64,000 bases of DNA from an uncultured bacterium (lineage in GTDB: Bacteria > Patescibacteriota > Minisyncoccia > Phycocordibacterales > CAIZLB01): positions 11,309 through 75,308 of the forward strand of contig CAINHC010000021.1 of the NCBI GenBank assembly GCA_903848795.1. The letters run 5' to 3'. Shown here piece after piece: positions 39,850 through 48,105 of this stretch (positions within the stretch are counted from its first letter, which is position 1; each line of letters begins with the position of its first letter). A program made the translations under genes and the position numbers. The notes under the pieces were generated by a model. That model saw only the letters and a program-made list of their open reading frames with translations, did not search any database and was not told the DNA's origin.

Positions 39850-40116
39850 CTATCTATCATAAAAAACATTTCCTCTACTTTCAATTTCAATGATCTCTAT
39901 TATCAACTTTAATTCAATTATTTGATAAATTATTCTATAGTTTGCAATTTTTATCTTTCTGAGATGAGATAATTTGCCATTCATCTTTATACCCATAGTG
40001 GGATTATTTTGTAATTGATCAATTGCAGACTGGACTCTAAAACATATAGCCTTAGGTATTTTCAATAAAGCTTTTTCAGCATCTTTATGCAAGTAAATTA
40101 TGTATCTTTCTACCAT
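39850..40116 (-). CDS. RelE/ParE-family toxin
   Basis: 88 aa, NP..G.KM.G...LRKIKIANYRIIY; directly downstream of antitoxin. Confidence 0.85.
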   Translation of the reverse strand: MVERYIIYLHKDAEKALLKIPKAICFRVQSAIDQLQNNPTMGIKMNGKLSHLRKIKIANYRIIYQIIELKLIIEIIEIESRGNVFYDR

Positions 40117-40119
40117 AGA

Positions 40120-40479
40120 TTATTTACTCTTCTTATTATTTTTCTTACCTTTACTTACATATTTCTGTTTTGATTCATCTGCTAAAACCATTGTACCCGT
40201 CTTTGCCAAAAGTTCCTGCTTAATACTATTCCAAGCTCGGTATTCACCGTTAGTAAACTCTTCATCTACCTTTTTAACCTTTGCCATAAATTTACGATTC
40301 TTCATGAGAGCCAGATCTTCTACGAGATTTTCATATTCTTCTGCACTAATCATGACCACCTTTGGTTTGCCATTTTCAGTAAATGTAAAAATCTGTCCAA
40401 ACTTTTGAACCTTTTCTGCTATTTCAAATATTTTAGATCTAGCCTCAGATATTGATATAATATTTTTGAATTTTATCAT
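40120..40479 (-). CDS. Phd/YefM-family antitoxin
   Basis: ISISEARSKIFEI...FTENGKPKVVMISAEEYENL. Confidence 0.88.
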   Translation of the reverse strand: MIKFKNIISISEARSKIFEIAEKVQKFGQIFTFTENGKPKVVMISAEEYENLVEDLALMKNRKFMAKVKKVDEEFTNGEYRAWNSIKQELLAKTGTMVLADESKQKYVSKGKKNNKKSK

Positions 40480-40483
40480 AGTA

Positions 40484-40501
40484 TGTACATTATAGCGTAC
40501 A
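40484..40501. promoter_or_regulatory. YefM-type operator overlapping the -10
   Basis: TGTACA (40484) and CGTACA (40496), 12 bp apart, flanking TATAAT on the minus strand. Confidence 0.6.
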
Positions 40502-40726
40502 TATCGTTTTAAGCAAGTTCAGAAAGTTTAATCTAAAATACCTTTTGTTTTCAATCTGAAATTGACTATTATCATTTTGCTGGTGTCAGCAAAACGATCG
40601 GATTTTTACTTTTTTATAGACCATTTTGTTGACGTCAACAATATGGTTTAGACCTTCCCACGTCGTACCAAATTCTGTACCAGACCCATGACCTCTCCGC
40701 CAATTTAATGCTACAATATTTAAATC

Positions 40727-41602
40727 ATGGAACAAAATCAAAATCAAAACACTGATACAAACAGCGTTGATCAAAACACCAGCGATAGGAAAACAAGGAA
40801 CGATGTCCCCTACAAGCGCGATCGCCTAGTTCGAGTAATCGTGCAAATGAGAAATGGATCAACATCGACAGGTACCGGATTTTTTATAAGCAAGGACGGA
40901 GAAATCCTAACCTGCGCCCATGTAATCGCAGGAACAGAATTGCGGAATCTAAAAGCGATAGACTTTAGGGTCAGCAATAATTTTAGCACCACAGCAGAAT
41001 CTGGCGTCAGTGTTGCGACTGATTCCAGCGACGCAAATAGCAAAGAAAACGGCAAAGATATTAATACAGGCGCACAACACATAAAATTCCAAAACTATCT
41101 CACTCAATCCATCATGACTCTTCAAGTTGAACTTCCAAATGGCGATAGAGTCATGGCAGAAATTAGAAAAATCGATGAGGACCTTGATGTTGCCGTTCTT
41201 CAAATTACAAAGAACGATTTTGAGAAAAATGACACAACAAAAAATGGAACACCGTTCTTTTTGCTCGATGATAAATATACACCCGAATACGACGAATCAA
41301 CTTTCTTCTGCGGATTTCAAATGACTGGTGGATATGACAATCCAACTCAATATCCTTTTTCAGTTAATCGAGCTGTAGTTTCTGCGATGCCAGAAACTGC
41401 TGTTGCGGGAGGAGTCCATGAACACATTCAATTGAACTCAATCAACCTCGGAGGAAATAGTGGCGCCCCTTTGTTTGTCGAAGGAAGCAATACCGTGATT
41501 GGGATAATAAATGGTAATTTGAATTGGGATAAAAATATTCCGCTTTGCATTGCGTACGCAACTTCCTTGAAATTAATTAAAGAAAAGCTGGATATTTTAT
41601 AA
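40727..41602 (+). CDS. Trypsin-like serine protease (S1)
   Basis: GTGF, LTCAHV, DVAVL, GGNSGAPL. Confidence 0.85.
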   Translation: MEQNQNQNTDTNSVDQNTSDRKTRNDVPYKRDRLVRVIVQMRNGSTSTGTGFFISKDGEILTCAHVIAGTELRNLKAIDFRVSNNFSTTAESGVSVATDSSDANSKENGKDINTGAQHIKFQNYLTQSIMTLQVELPNGDRVMAEIRKIDEDLDVAVLQITKNDFEKNDTTKNGTPFFLLDDKYTPEYDESTFFCGFQMTGGYDNPTQYPFSVNRAVVSAMPETAVAGGVHEHIQLNSINLGGNSGAPLFVEGSNTVIGIINGNLNWDKNIPLCIAYATSLKLIKEKLDIL

Positions 41603-41631
41603 ATAAATATTTAAGTATTTTTAAAGAATAG

Positions 41632-41669
41632 GAAAACCCGCCGACAGGAGGCGCTGTACGGCGGGTTCC
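41632..41669 (-). terminator. Hairpin terminator of the 111-aa gene
   Basis: AACCCGCCG...CGGCGGGTT, T-tract on minus strand. Confidence 0.6.
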
Positions 41670-41733
41670 TGGGGCGGGCTGGTTTGATTGATGAACCCCC
41701 TTAAGCTGGGTTATCTATGTATGGCCACTTATT

Positions 41734-42069
41734 TCAGCGAATGACCTTACCGTCAAAGGTACCCTTAGCTACAACAGAGAGTTGTACACCTTTTGCGACC
41801 GCTTTGACGATTAAGTTAAATCCTCCATCATTCTGACTGGATGCCGTAAAGACATTACGACAGAAGCATCTAATGTGATCCACGCTTTTGTCACGGGTGT
41901 AGTTCACATTCCTGTCGCCAGACTCAAAAATTCCACGCTGGATTACATCGATGCTCTCAAACAGACCTCTGAGACGATGCTTTTTTTCAGCCCTCTCAGC
42001 AACGGTCTCGCCTGGAAGGTTTTTGATATCTACTGCCATCAATAGAATTTCTTTCATTTTTGTTTTCAT
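41734..42069 (-). CDS. Hypothetical (orphan) protein
   Basis: 111-aa ORF with long structured leader and terminator. Confidence 0.5.
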   Translation of the reverse strand: MKTKMKEILLMAVDIKNLPGETVAERAEKKHRLRGLFESIDVIQRGIFESGDRNVNYTRDKSVDHIRCFCRNVFTASSQNDGGFNLIVKAVAKGVQLSVVAKGTFDGKVIR

Positions 42070-42437
42070 GACAATTAATAGTTGTTGGGATTTGATTGTT
42101 CTTGACTACAGCCCCACTTTGGGCCGCATCTTTCAAGGTATATAAATACCCTCAAAGATGCGGTCCAAGGATGAGCTGGCTGGGGCCGTGACAAAAACAA
42201 TACCTACAACATAAACAACATTAAAATCACAATATTATTAAGGAGCTATAACATCAAAACTATACAGTAAAATGGTAGGAAGTAAAGGGTCGGATCGGCC
42301 TCTGATCTAGGCTCGAAATCCTTCAAAAGACCGCCGAAAAGATATCCCCACTCTTATCCCCACCACCCACTTTTTCTTTAAGTTTTGATTAGAGTCAAAA
42401 TGGTTTAATATTAGTGTTATCAAATTAATTTATAAAA

Positions 42438-43109
42438 ATGAAAATACTTATTATCGAAGATGATATCTTTTTAGCACAAACAATCAAGAAAGCACTCGAG
42501 GCTCATTGCTTCAGCGTCGACACCGCACATGATGGCAAAAGCGGATCCTATATCGCCAGAATTAATAAATACAAATTAATATTATTAGATTTAATTTTGC
42601 CAGACAAAAGTGGCGTGACAATTTGCAAAGAAATTAGAGGTGAAGGTATTACATGTCCGATACTTGTTGTATCATCACAATCGGAGGTGCCTGATAAGGT
42701 GGCAATGCTAAATATTGGAGCAGATGATTATATTACCAAGCCTTTTAATATTGAAGAGCTTATCGCAAGAGTTAATGCTCTTATCAAAAGACCTTATGAT
42801 ATATCGGAGGATGTTATGACGCTTGATGATTTGACGATTAATACAAGCAATCAGACAGTGACCAAGGCCGGGGCTGATATTTATTTAACAAGAAGAGAAT
42901 ATATGTTGCTTAGGTGTTTTGCCAGGAATGAAGGTAAGGTTATTACAAGGAGTAAATTGCTGGAGGAAGTGTGGGATAGAGACGCGAGTCCTTTTACCAA
43001 TACGATTGAGACGCATGTTAGGAATCTTAGAAAAAAGATCGAGTCGAAGGATAAAAGGATTATTCACACGATAAATGGAAGGGGGTATAAGATGGGGCGG
43101 GCGAAGTGA
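42438..43109 (+). CDS. OmpR/PhoB-family response regulator
   Basis: MKILIIEDD, LLDLILP, GADDYITKPF, LTRREY, HVRNLRKKI, TINGRGY. Confidence 0.95.
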   Translation: MKILIIEDDIFLAQTIKKALEAHCFSVDTAHDGKSGSYIARINKYKLILLDLILPDKSGVTICKEIRGEGITCPILVVSSQSEVPDKVAMLNIGADDYITKPFNIEELIARVNALIKRPYDISEDVMTLDDLTINTSNQTVTKAGADIYLTRREYMLLRCFARNEGKVITRSKLLEEVWDRDASPFTNTIETHVRNLRKKIESKDKRIIHTINGRGYKMGRAK

Positions 43110-43279
43110 GGGGTGGGTCAGGGGTGCGATGTTGATTTGAGGTCTGCGGAAAAAGTTTGGGTATTCTTTAGAATTTATTTATGGAGGCGTTAGGTGGGTG
43201 GTGGTATGATGTGGAGCGGAATACTGTCGGGTATTCCCAGTGTGTTGGAAAGTTTGTATTCTGATTCTAGGAGTTAGAT

Positions 43280-43309
43280 TTTGGACTATACATTAAAATA
43301 TAGTCCAAA
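43280..43309. repeat. Perfect 11-8-11 inverted repeat
   Basis: TTTGGACTATA-cattaaaa-TATAGTCCAAA. Confidence 0.7.
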
Positions 43310-43419
43310 GATTTGAGTCGTAGAAAGAAAGATATCAAAAACTGGTAATTATAAATAAATTATTTATACTATAATTGTTTACATTCAATACATACATTAT
43401 ACCATTTTATGATAAAGCT

Positions 43420-44829
43420 ATGCGTAAATTATTTATTTATAAAGAAAATATTGATGAAAATACAAAAAGAAGAATCTCTATACTAAGCACTCTGTGCTTA
43501 AGTATAACTGTTTTTTTGATTATCCTACTTTCCATAATAATATATTCTTTATCAACACAGCCAACAAGAGACACTAGAGTTCCAATAACTATAATATTAA
43601 CACTTACAGTAGTTAGTGTAATCTCCTTTATTATTACCAAACAAGGAAAATTATTACTAGGTAGTTTAATTACACTTTTTCTATTATACGGATGCATACT
43701 CTACGGTTCAATCAATTGGGGCGCTGATTTGCCAACAATACTTATAACTTCATTTATAGTAATCTTAATATCCGGTATCCTCATAAACTCAAAGGCTGGT
43801 TTATTCTCGGCTGTCCTCCTGTCGCTCCACTTATTTCTATTTCACCATCTCTCCTTCTACCACATTATAACCCCAAACTACAACTGGAAGACCGATGCAT
43901 TCAATATATTCGACACCCTCGAATACTCCTCCCTCCTCATCTTCGCCGCCCTCTTCTCCTGGCTGTCCAACAGCCAACTCGAAAAGACCCTTATAAAATA
44001 CCAAGAATCTGAAGCCAAACTCCAATTCGAAAAGGACAATCTCGAAATCAAAGTCAAAGAAAGAACGGACGAAATCAACAGACTACAGATAGACAAAATA
44101 AACTCCATGTATAGGCTCGTCGAATTCGGAAGAATATCTTCCGGACTTTTCCACGACATCATGACTCCCCTAACCAACATCGCTCTCAATTTACAAATTC
44201 ACAAAGTTGAAGAAGTTAAAGAATCGATGAGCAAACTAATCCCATCAATCAAAAAAATAGAAAATCTCATTAATCAATCAAGAAAGCATATTAAGATAAA
44301 TGATTTAAGCACCACTTGGAATATCGAACAAGAAATACACTCAGCAATTGAGCTTTTAAAATCAAAAGCAATCAAGAGTGAAGTAAAATTAATATTTTCA
44401 AATAAAAATAAATCGAAAGAATTATATGGCCCGCAGGTTCTTTTTTCTCATATTATTATGAACCTCCTATCAAATGGAATTGATGCGCATGCGGATAGGC
44501 AAACAAATTCAGACACCACCCAATTCCGCGCCCAATTCCCCGCCCCCTCCTCCAGCGAAACCCCATCAATAAGCAAAATTGTTTTGATAAAAACAAAGAT
44601 TAAAAACGAAAAAATAAATATCAAAGTAATTGACAACGGAAGCGGAATCAAAGAAGAAATCATCAAGAACATCTTCGAACCATTCTACACAACCAAAGAA
44701 GAACATGGATGCGGTATTGGATTATCCTCAACAAAACACATTATAGAAAAATATTTCAAAGGCACGATTAGCGTGCGGAGCAGGTTAGGTAGGGGGACGA
44801 CGTTTGAGGTGGAGATTCCCATGTTTTAG
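43420..44829 (+). CDS. Membrane sensor histidine kinase
   Basis: ~6 TM, H-box FHDIMTPL, N-box NLLSNGIDA, DNGSGI, IFEPFYTTK, GIGL. Confidence 0.92.
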   Translation: MRKLFIYKENIDENTKRRISILSTLCLSITVFLIILLSIIIYSLSTQPTRDTRVPITIILTLTVVSVISFIITKQGKLLLGSLITLFLLYGCILYGSINWGADLPTILITSFIVILISGILINSKAGLFSAVLLSLHLFLFHHLSFYHIITPNYNWKTDAFNIFDTLEYSSLLIFAALFSWLSNSQLEKTLIKYQESEAKLQFEKDNLEIKVKERTDEINRLQIDKINSMYRLVEFGRISSGLFHDIMTPLTNIALNLQIHKVEEVKESMSKLIPSIKKIENLINQSRKHIKINDLSTTWNIEQEIHSAIELLKSKAIKSEVKLIFSNKNKSKELYGPQVLFSHIIMNLLSNGIDAHADRQTNSDTTQFRAQFPAPSSSETPSISKIVLIKTKIKNEKINIKVIDNGSGIKEEIIKNIFEPFYTTKEEHGCGIGLSSTKHIIEKYFKGTISVRSRLGRGTTFEVEIPMF

Positions 44830-44911
44830 TCGAATTTCATATATAAAAAGCGAAGCCGCGCAGGTTATTAACCTACGCGGCTAGAAGAAAGAAGACTTCC
44901 TTCATTTTGTC

Positions 44912-45205
44912 CTACCTGCTTGTATACTTATGAGGTTTCATCCTCGCGCAGGCACATCCCAGTATCACGCAGGTCAGGAATATCGTATCCACGATCGACT
45001 GCGCAAATTTTGGCAACTCTGTGAGTATTGCCATTGCCATGTAGATGCAGATCGTTAGAGAAAGGCGCCAGAATACCTGGAATTTTCTCATGGCCTCGTA
45101 ATAATAGAGTTTCTGCAACGCCGTGCAGACAAGTCTCCATGTTAAATACATCCCTAGCCCATAGATGGCTAGAAATATGGCTATCTTTAAATAAGTCATC
45201 GTCAT
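44912..45205 (-). CDS. Small hypothetical membrane protein
   Basis: 3 hydrophobic segments; promoter TTGAAA-17-TACAAT; terminator at 44846-44882. Confidence 0.5.
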   Translation of the reverse strand: MTMTYLKIAIFLAIYGLGMYLTWRLVCTALQKLYYYEAMRKFQVFWRLSLTICIYMAMAILTELPKFAQSIVDTIFLTCVILGCACARMKPHKYTSR

Positions 45206-45429
45206 TTTATTATTGTTAAGGTTTGACCTGATCCTCGTAATTAACTCTTTCAACACCCGTTGGAAGCTAATTGTATATGTATAAAAGGACCATTTCAAAC
45301 CACACAATACCTTACAATCCAATATTTGTAAAGTTTTTAAAAGCATGGTAGGCTTGTAGATGAAATAGGATCTTTCCAATTTGATCCGTGACCTCAACAA
45401 CAACCCCAATCCCTAGAAAACAACTGCAC

Positions 45430-45912
45430 ATGAACAAAAAAGATGGTGGAATTCTAACATTGATTATCCATAACGACAGGACGTACTCTGACCCAATGAT
45501 TACAAGATTACGCCGAGAACCGAGTCTCTTCGTCAAGATCTTCACAGACGTGACGAGCGCCATGCATTACATGAAAAGAAAAGGTGTTAAAGTGGACATC
45601 CTTATTCTCGATGGACGAATCTCCTGTGGAAAAGACTTTCCTAAAGAGGGCACCCAAAACGAAATGATTACTGGGATGGTGTTGTATGACCAGATCCGTC
45701 GGCAAAATCGTGAATTTCGAATCATTCTTTTCACGACAATGTTTGAAGTTTGTAATAACTTCGCATGGTCAGACCCAAATCTGACAATGCTCATGGCACA
45801 AGCGTCCACCTTGGAATACCAAGTCATTAAGTCACTCGAACGCATTTTTCCAGGCGATTTCGAGAAGAAGGTCATCGTGTCAAGAAAGTCCAAAAAAGTA
45901 TCAACCACCTGA
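45430..45912 (+). CDS. Degenerate stand-alone receiver-like protein
   Basis: beta/alpha receiver pattern, VDILILD; homologous to 46169-46642. Confidence 0.55.
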   Translation: MNKKDGGILTLIIHNDRTYSDPMITRLRREPSLFVKIFTDVTSAMHYMKRKGVKVDILILDGRISCGKDFPKEGTQNEMITGMVLYDQIRRQNREFRIILFTTMFEVCNNFAWSDPNLTMLMAQASTLEYQVIKSLERIFPGDFEKKVIVSRKSKKVSTT

Positions 45913-46027
45913 CTAACCCCAGCCCCGACATCCAAACCAAAGGAGCCCCGCTTCCCCCCGTTTGGATCGGGGCTTCTTTGTTTTTATTTTTTAATATTAA
46001 TATTTCACCTCTTGTCGACCAAACGAT

Positions 46028-46069
46028 GTAGACTCACCTATGCGGACCCACCTACGTAGACTCACCTAT
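46028..46069 (+). repeat. 14-bp tandem repeat x3
   Basis: GTAGACTCACCTAT / GCGGACCCACCTAC / GTAGACTCACCTAT. Confidence 0.7.
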
Positions 46070-46168
46070 TGTAGAGGTTTCTAAATCATGATACCCTTTT
46101 ATTGGACTAGAAAAAAAGTAAGTCCGGAAGAGACAAGCAACAACCCTACACCCAGAGAGACAGATATT

Positions 46169-46642
46169 ATGGAAAAAACATCAACGAAAACAATCGCCAA
46201 AGTGTTGTTCGCCGCACCAGATGGACAATATTCACCAAAAAACATCGCCCGCCTGAGAAAGGAAGGCAATGATATCACCATCTGCCACAACGCGAAGGCG
46301 GTACTGACTTACTTTAACTCAGAAGAAGGGAAACCTCATCTCGCACTGATCAACGACGTTTTACCTCATGGCGACGAGTTCAATGACATGGTGACCTTAA
46401 GAGAAAGCGCCACGGGGAGGGCGCTGTATGTCCGCCTCAATAGAACGCACGAGTGCAGAAACGTCATATTCGCGGTTACCACCGAAAACGTGGACGAAGT
46501 CGGTGAAATAGTTAAACTGAAGGAACCCAATCTCTTAATCCTGCATATAAAACCAGGAGAGCTCGATTATGCACTCAACACTGTCATCAAACAACTGCTT
46601 CCCGCCGAAGTTGAGCCTGGCAAGGAAGAAACCAGCATGTGA
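46169..46642 (+). CDS. Degenerate stand-alone receiver-like protein
   Basis: KVLFA..., PHLALINDVLP (Asp to Asn at the expected phosphosite), IKP. Confidence 0.55.
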   Translation: MEKTSTKTIAKVLFAAPDGQYSPKNIARLRKEGNDITICHNAKAVLTYFNSEEGKPHLALINDVLPHGDEFNDMVTLRESATGRALYVRLNRTHECRNVIFAVTTENVDEVGEIVKLKEPNLLILHIKPGELDYALNTVIKQLLPAEVEPGKEETSM

Positions 46643-46863
46643 CCCTATCAGGTCTAGATCACACCCTCACAGCCCCACCTGAAAACCAGAGAAGCCCCGC
46701 CCACCGCGCGTGACTTCCCCACCGTTTTCAGGCGGGGCTTCTTTGTTTATTGAGCGCCATGAAACCCAAAAATTAGACCACACTTTTTGACCTCCGCATG
46801 GGGCCTGACCCCCATTTTTTTGATATCATTATATGCATAATAATTAATAAATAATTTAAATAC

Positions 46864-47550
46864 ATGAAAAGCGAAATAAAATTCATAAGCGTTATGGCCG
46901 TCCTAACTATCATCGTAGTCGGAGCTGGTCTATATATCTCCGCAAAAAATGGTGGACAAACTGGTATTCCAAAACCAATTATCAAGCCCGAGCTTCTTAT
47001 AAAAGTTGGAAGTCCGATGATAGAAAATGGAGTAGCATCTTTAACAAAAGATACAAACCTAAGTACCTCTTCAGTTACAATTGTAGAATTCGCTGACTAT
47101 GCATGTCCAGCATGTTCTGCACTACAACCTGAAATGGAAAAATTATTGAAGAAAGATCCAACTATTAAATATGTTTATAGGACTATTCCAATTCACGCAC
47201 AATCAAAGGAAGAAGCAAAGATGGTATACGCGTCTATGTCTCAAGGAAAGTTCAAAGAATATGCAAGTTTGATTTTCAAGAATCAAGAAGAGTGGGATAA
47301 GACGGGAGTAGATTTTATTCCTTTTTTTACAAAATACGCAGAGTCTCTAGGAATGGATGTTGCAAAGCTAAAAGCGGATTCTGCTAATCCAGCAATAGCC
47401 GCAACAATTGAATCTGATGCAAAGGATGGACAAGATTTGAGTATTTACGCAACTCCAACGGTTCTCTTCGTCGGACCAAAGGGTTCAACATATACTCAAG
47501 GTGCAGTTCAAGAATCTGAATTGCAAAAGGCGGTGGATTCAGTGAAATAG
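46864..47550 (+). CDS. DsbA/BdbD-family thiol-disulfide oxidoreductase (copy 2)
   Basis: N-terminal TM, EFADYACPAC, ATPT. Confidence 0.88.
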   Translation: MKSEIKFISVMAVLTIIVVGAGLYISAKNGGQTGIPKPIIKPELLIKVGSPMIENGVASLTKDTNLSTSSVTIVEFADYACPACSALQPEMEKLLKKDPTIKYVYRTIPIHAQSKEEAKMVYASMSQGKFKEYASLIFKNQEEWDKTGVDFIPFFTKYAESLGMDVAKLKADSANPAIAATIESDAKDGQDLSIYATPTVLFVGPKGSTYTQGAVQESELQKAVDSVK

Positions 47551-47798
47551 ATTGGGAGAGATAATTTTAAAAAAAATTCAGATAAATAAAATCCAAAATT
47601 CAAAAGATTTTGGGTTTTATTTTGCAGCAAAAGGCTAGGACTATATTATTAAGTTTTCTTTTTTTGATTTTCTTAATATAGTTTTCGACAGAGATTGACA
47701 CACATTTATCTACCTTGTACCATACTAAAGGATCCGTGAAAATACAGATCCAAGAAAATTCAGATTAAGTAAAACAGCAACCCCAGAACCAATACCAA

Positions 47799-48017
47799 AT
47801 GAACGAGCCCGATAATGAACACCATTCAGCCGCAAAATGCAATGACAAAACTGGTGAAAAAACAAAGACCGACCAGACAGAAGTCACCATTGGCACCACT
47901 CCACACAGCCCAAGGTCTATGACGGCCACCAAAGATGATAAGCCATACATGCCCCACTGGCGGCAACATCTCAAGGCTGCAAGGAATAGGATGAATGAGT
48001 GCCACGAAGAGGACTGA
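47799..48017 (+). CDS. Small hypothetical (orphan) protein
   Basis: Promoter TTGACA-17-TACCAT, leader hairpin, terminator TCCGGTGTCC...GGACGCCGGA-TTTCTTTT. Confidence 0.45.
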   Translation: MNEPDNEHHSAAKCNDKTGEKTKTDQTEVTIGTTPHSPRSMTATKDDKPYMPHWRQHLKAARNRMNECHEED

Positions 48018-48105
48018 CCGGTCAATAGGCATTGACCCTCCGGTGTCCCCGCGCAAGCGCGGACGCCGGATTTCTTTTATTCAAAAATTGATTCTCTTTC
48101 CCTGA

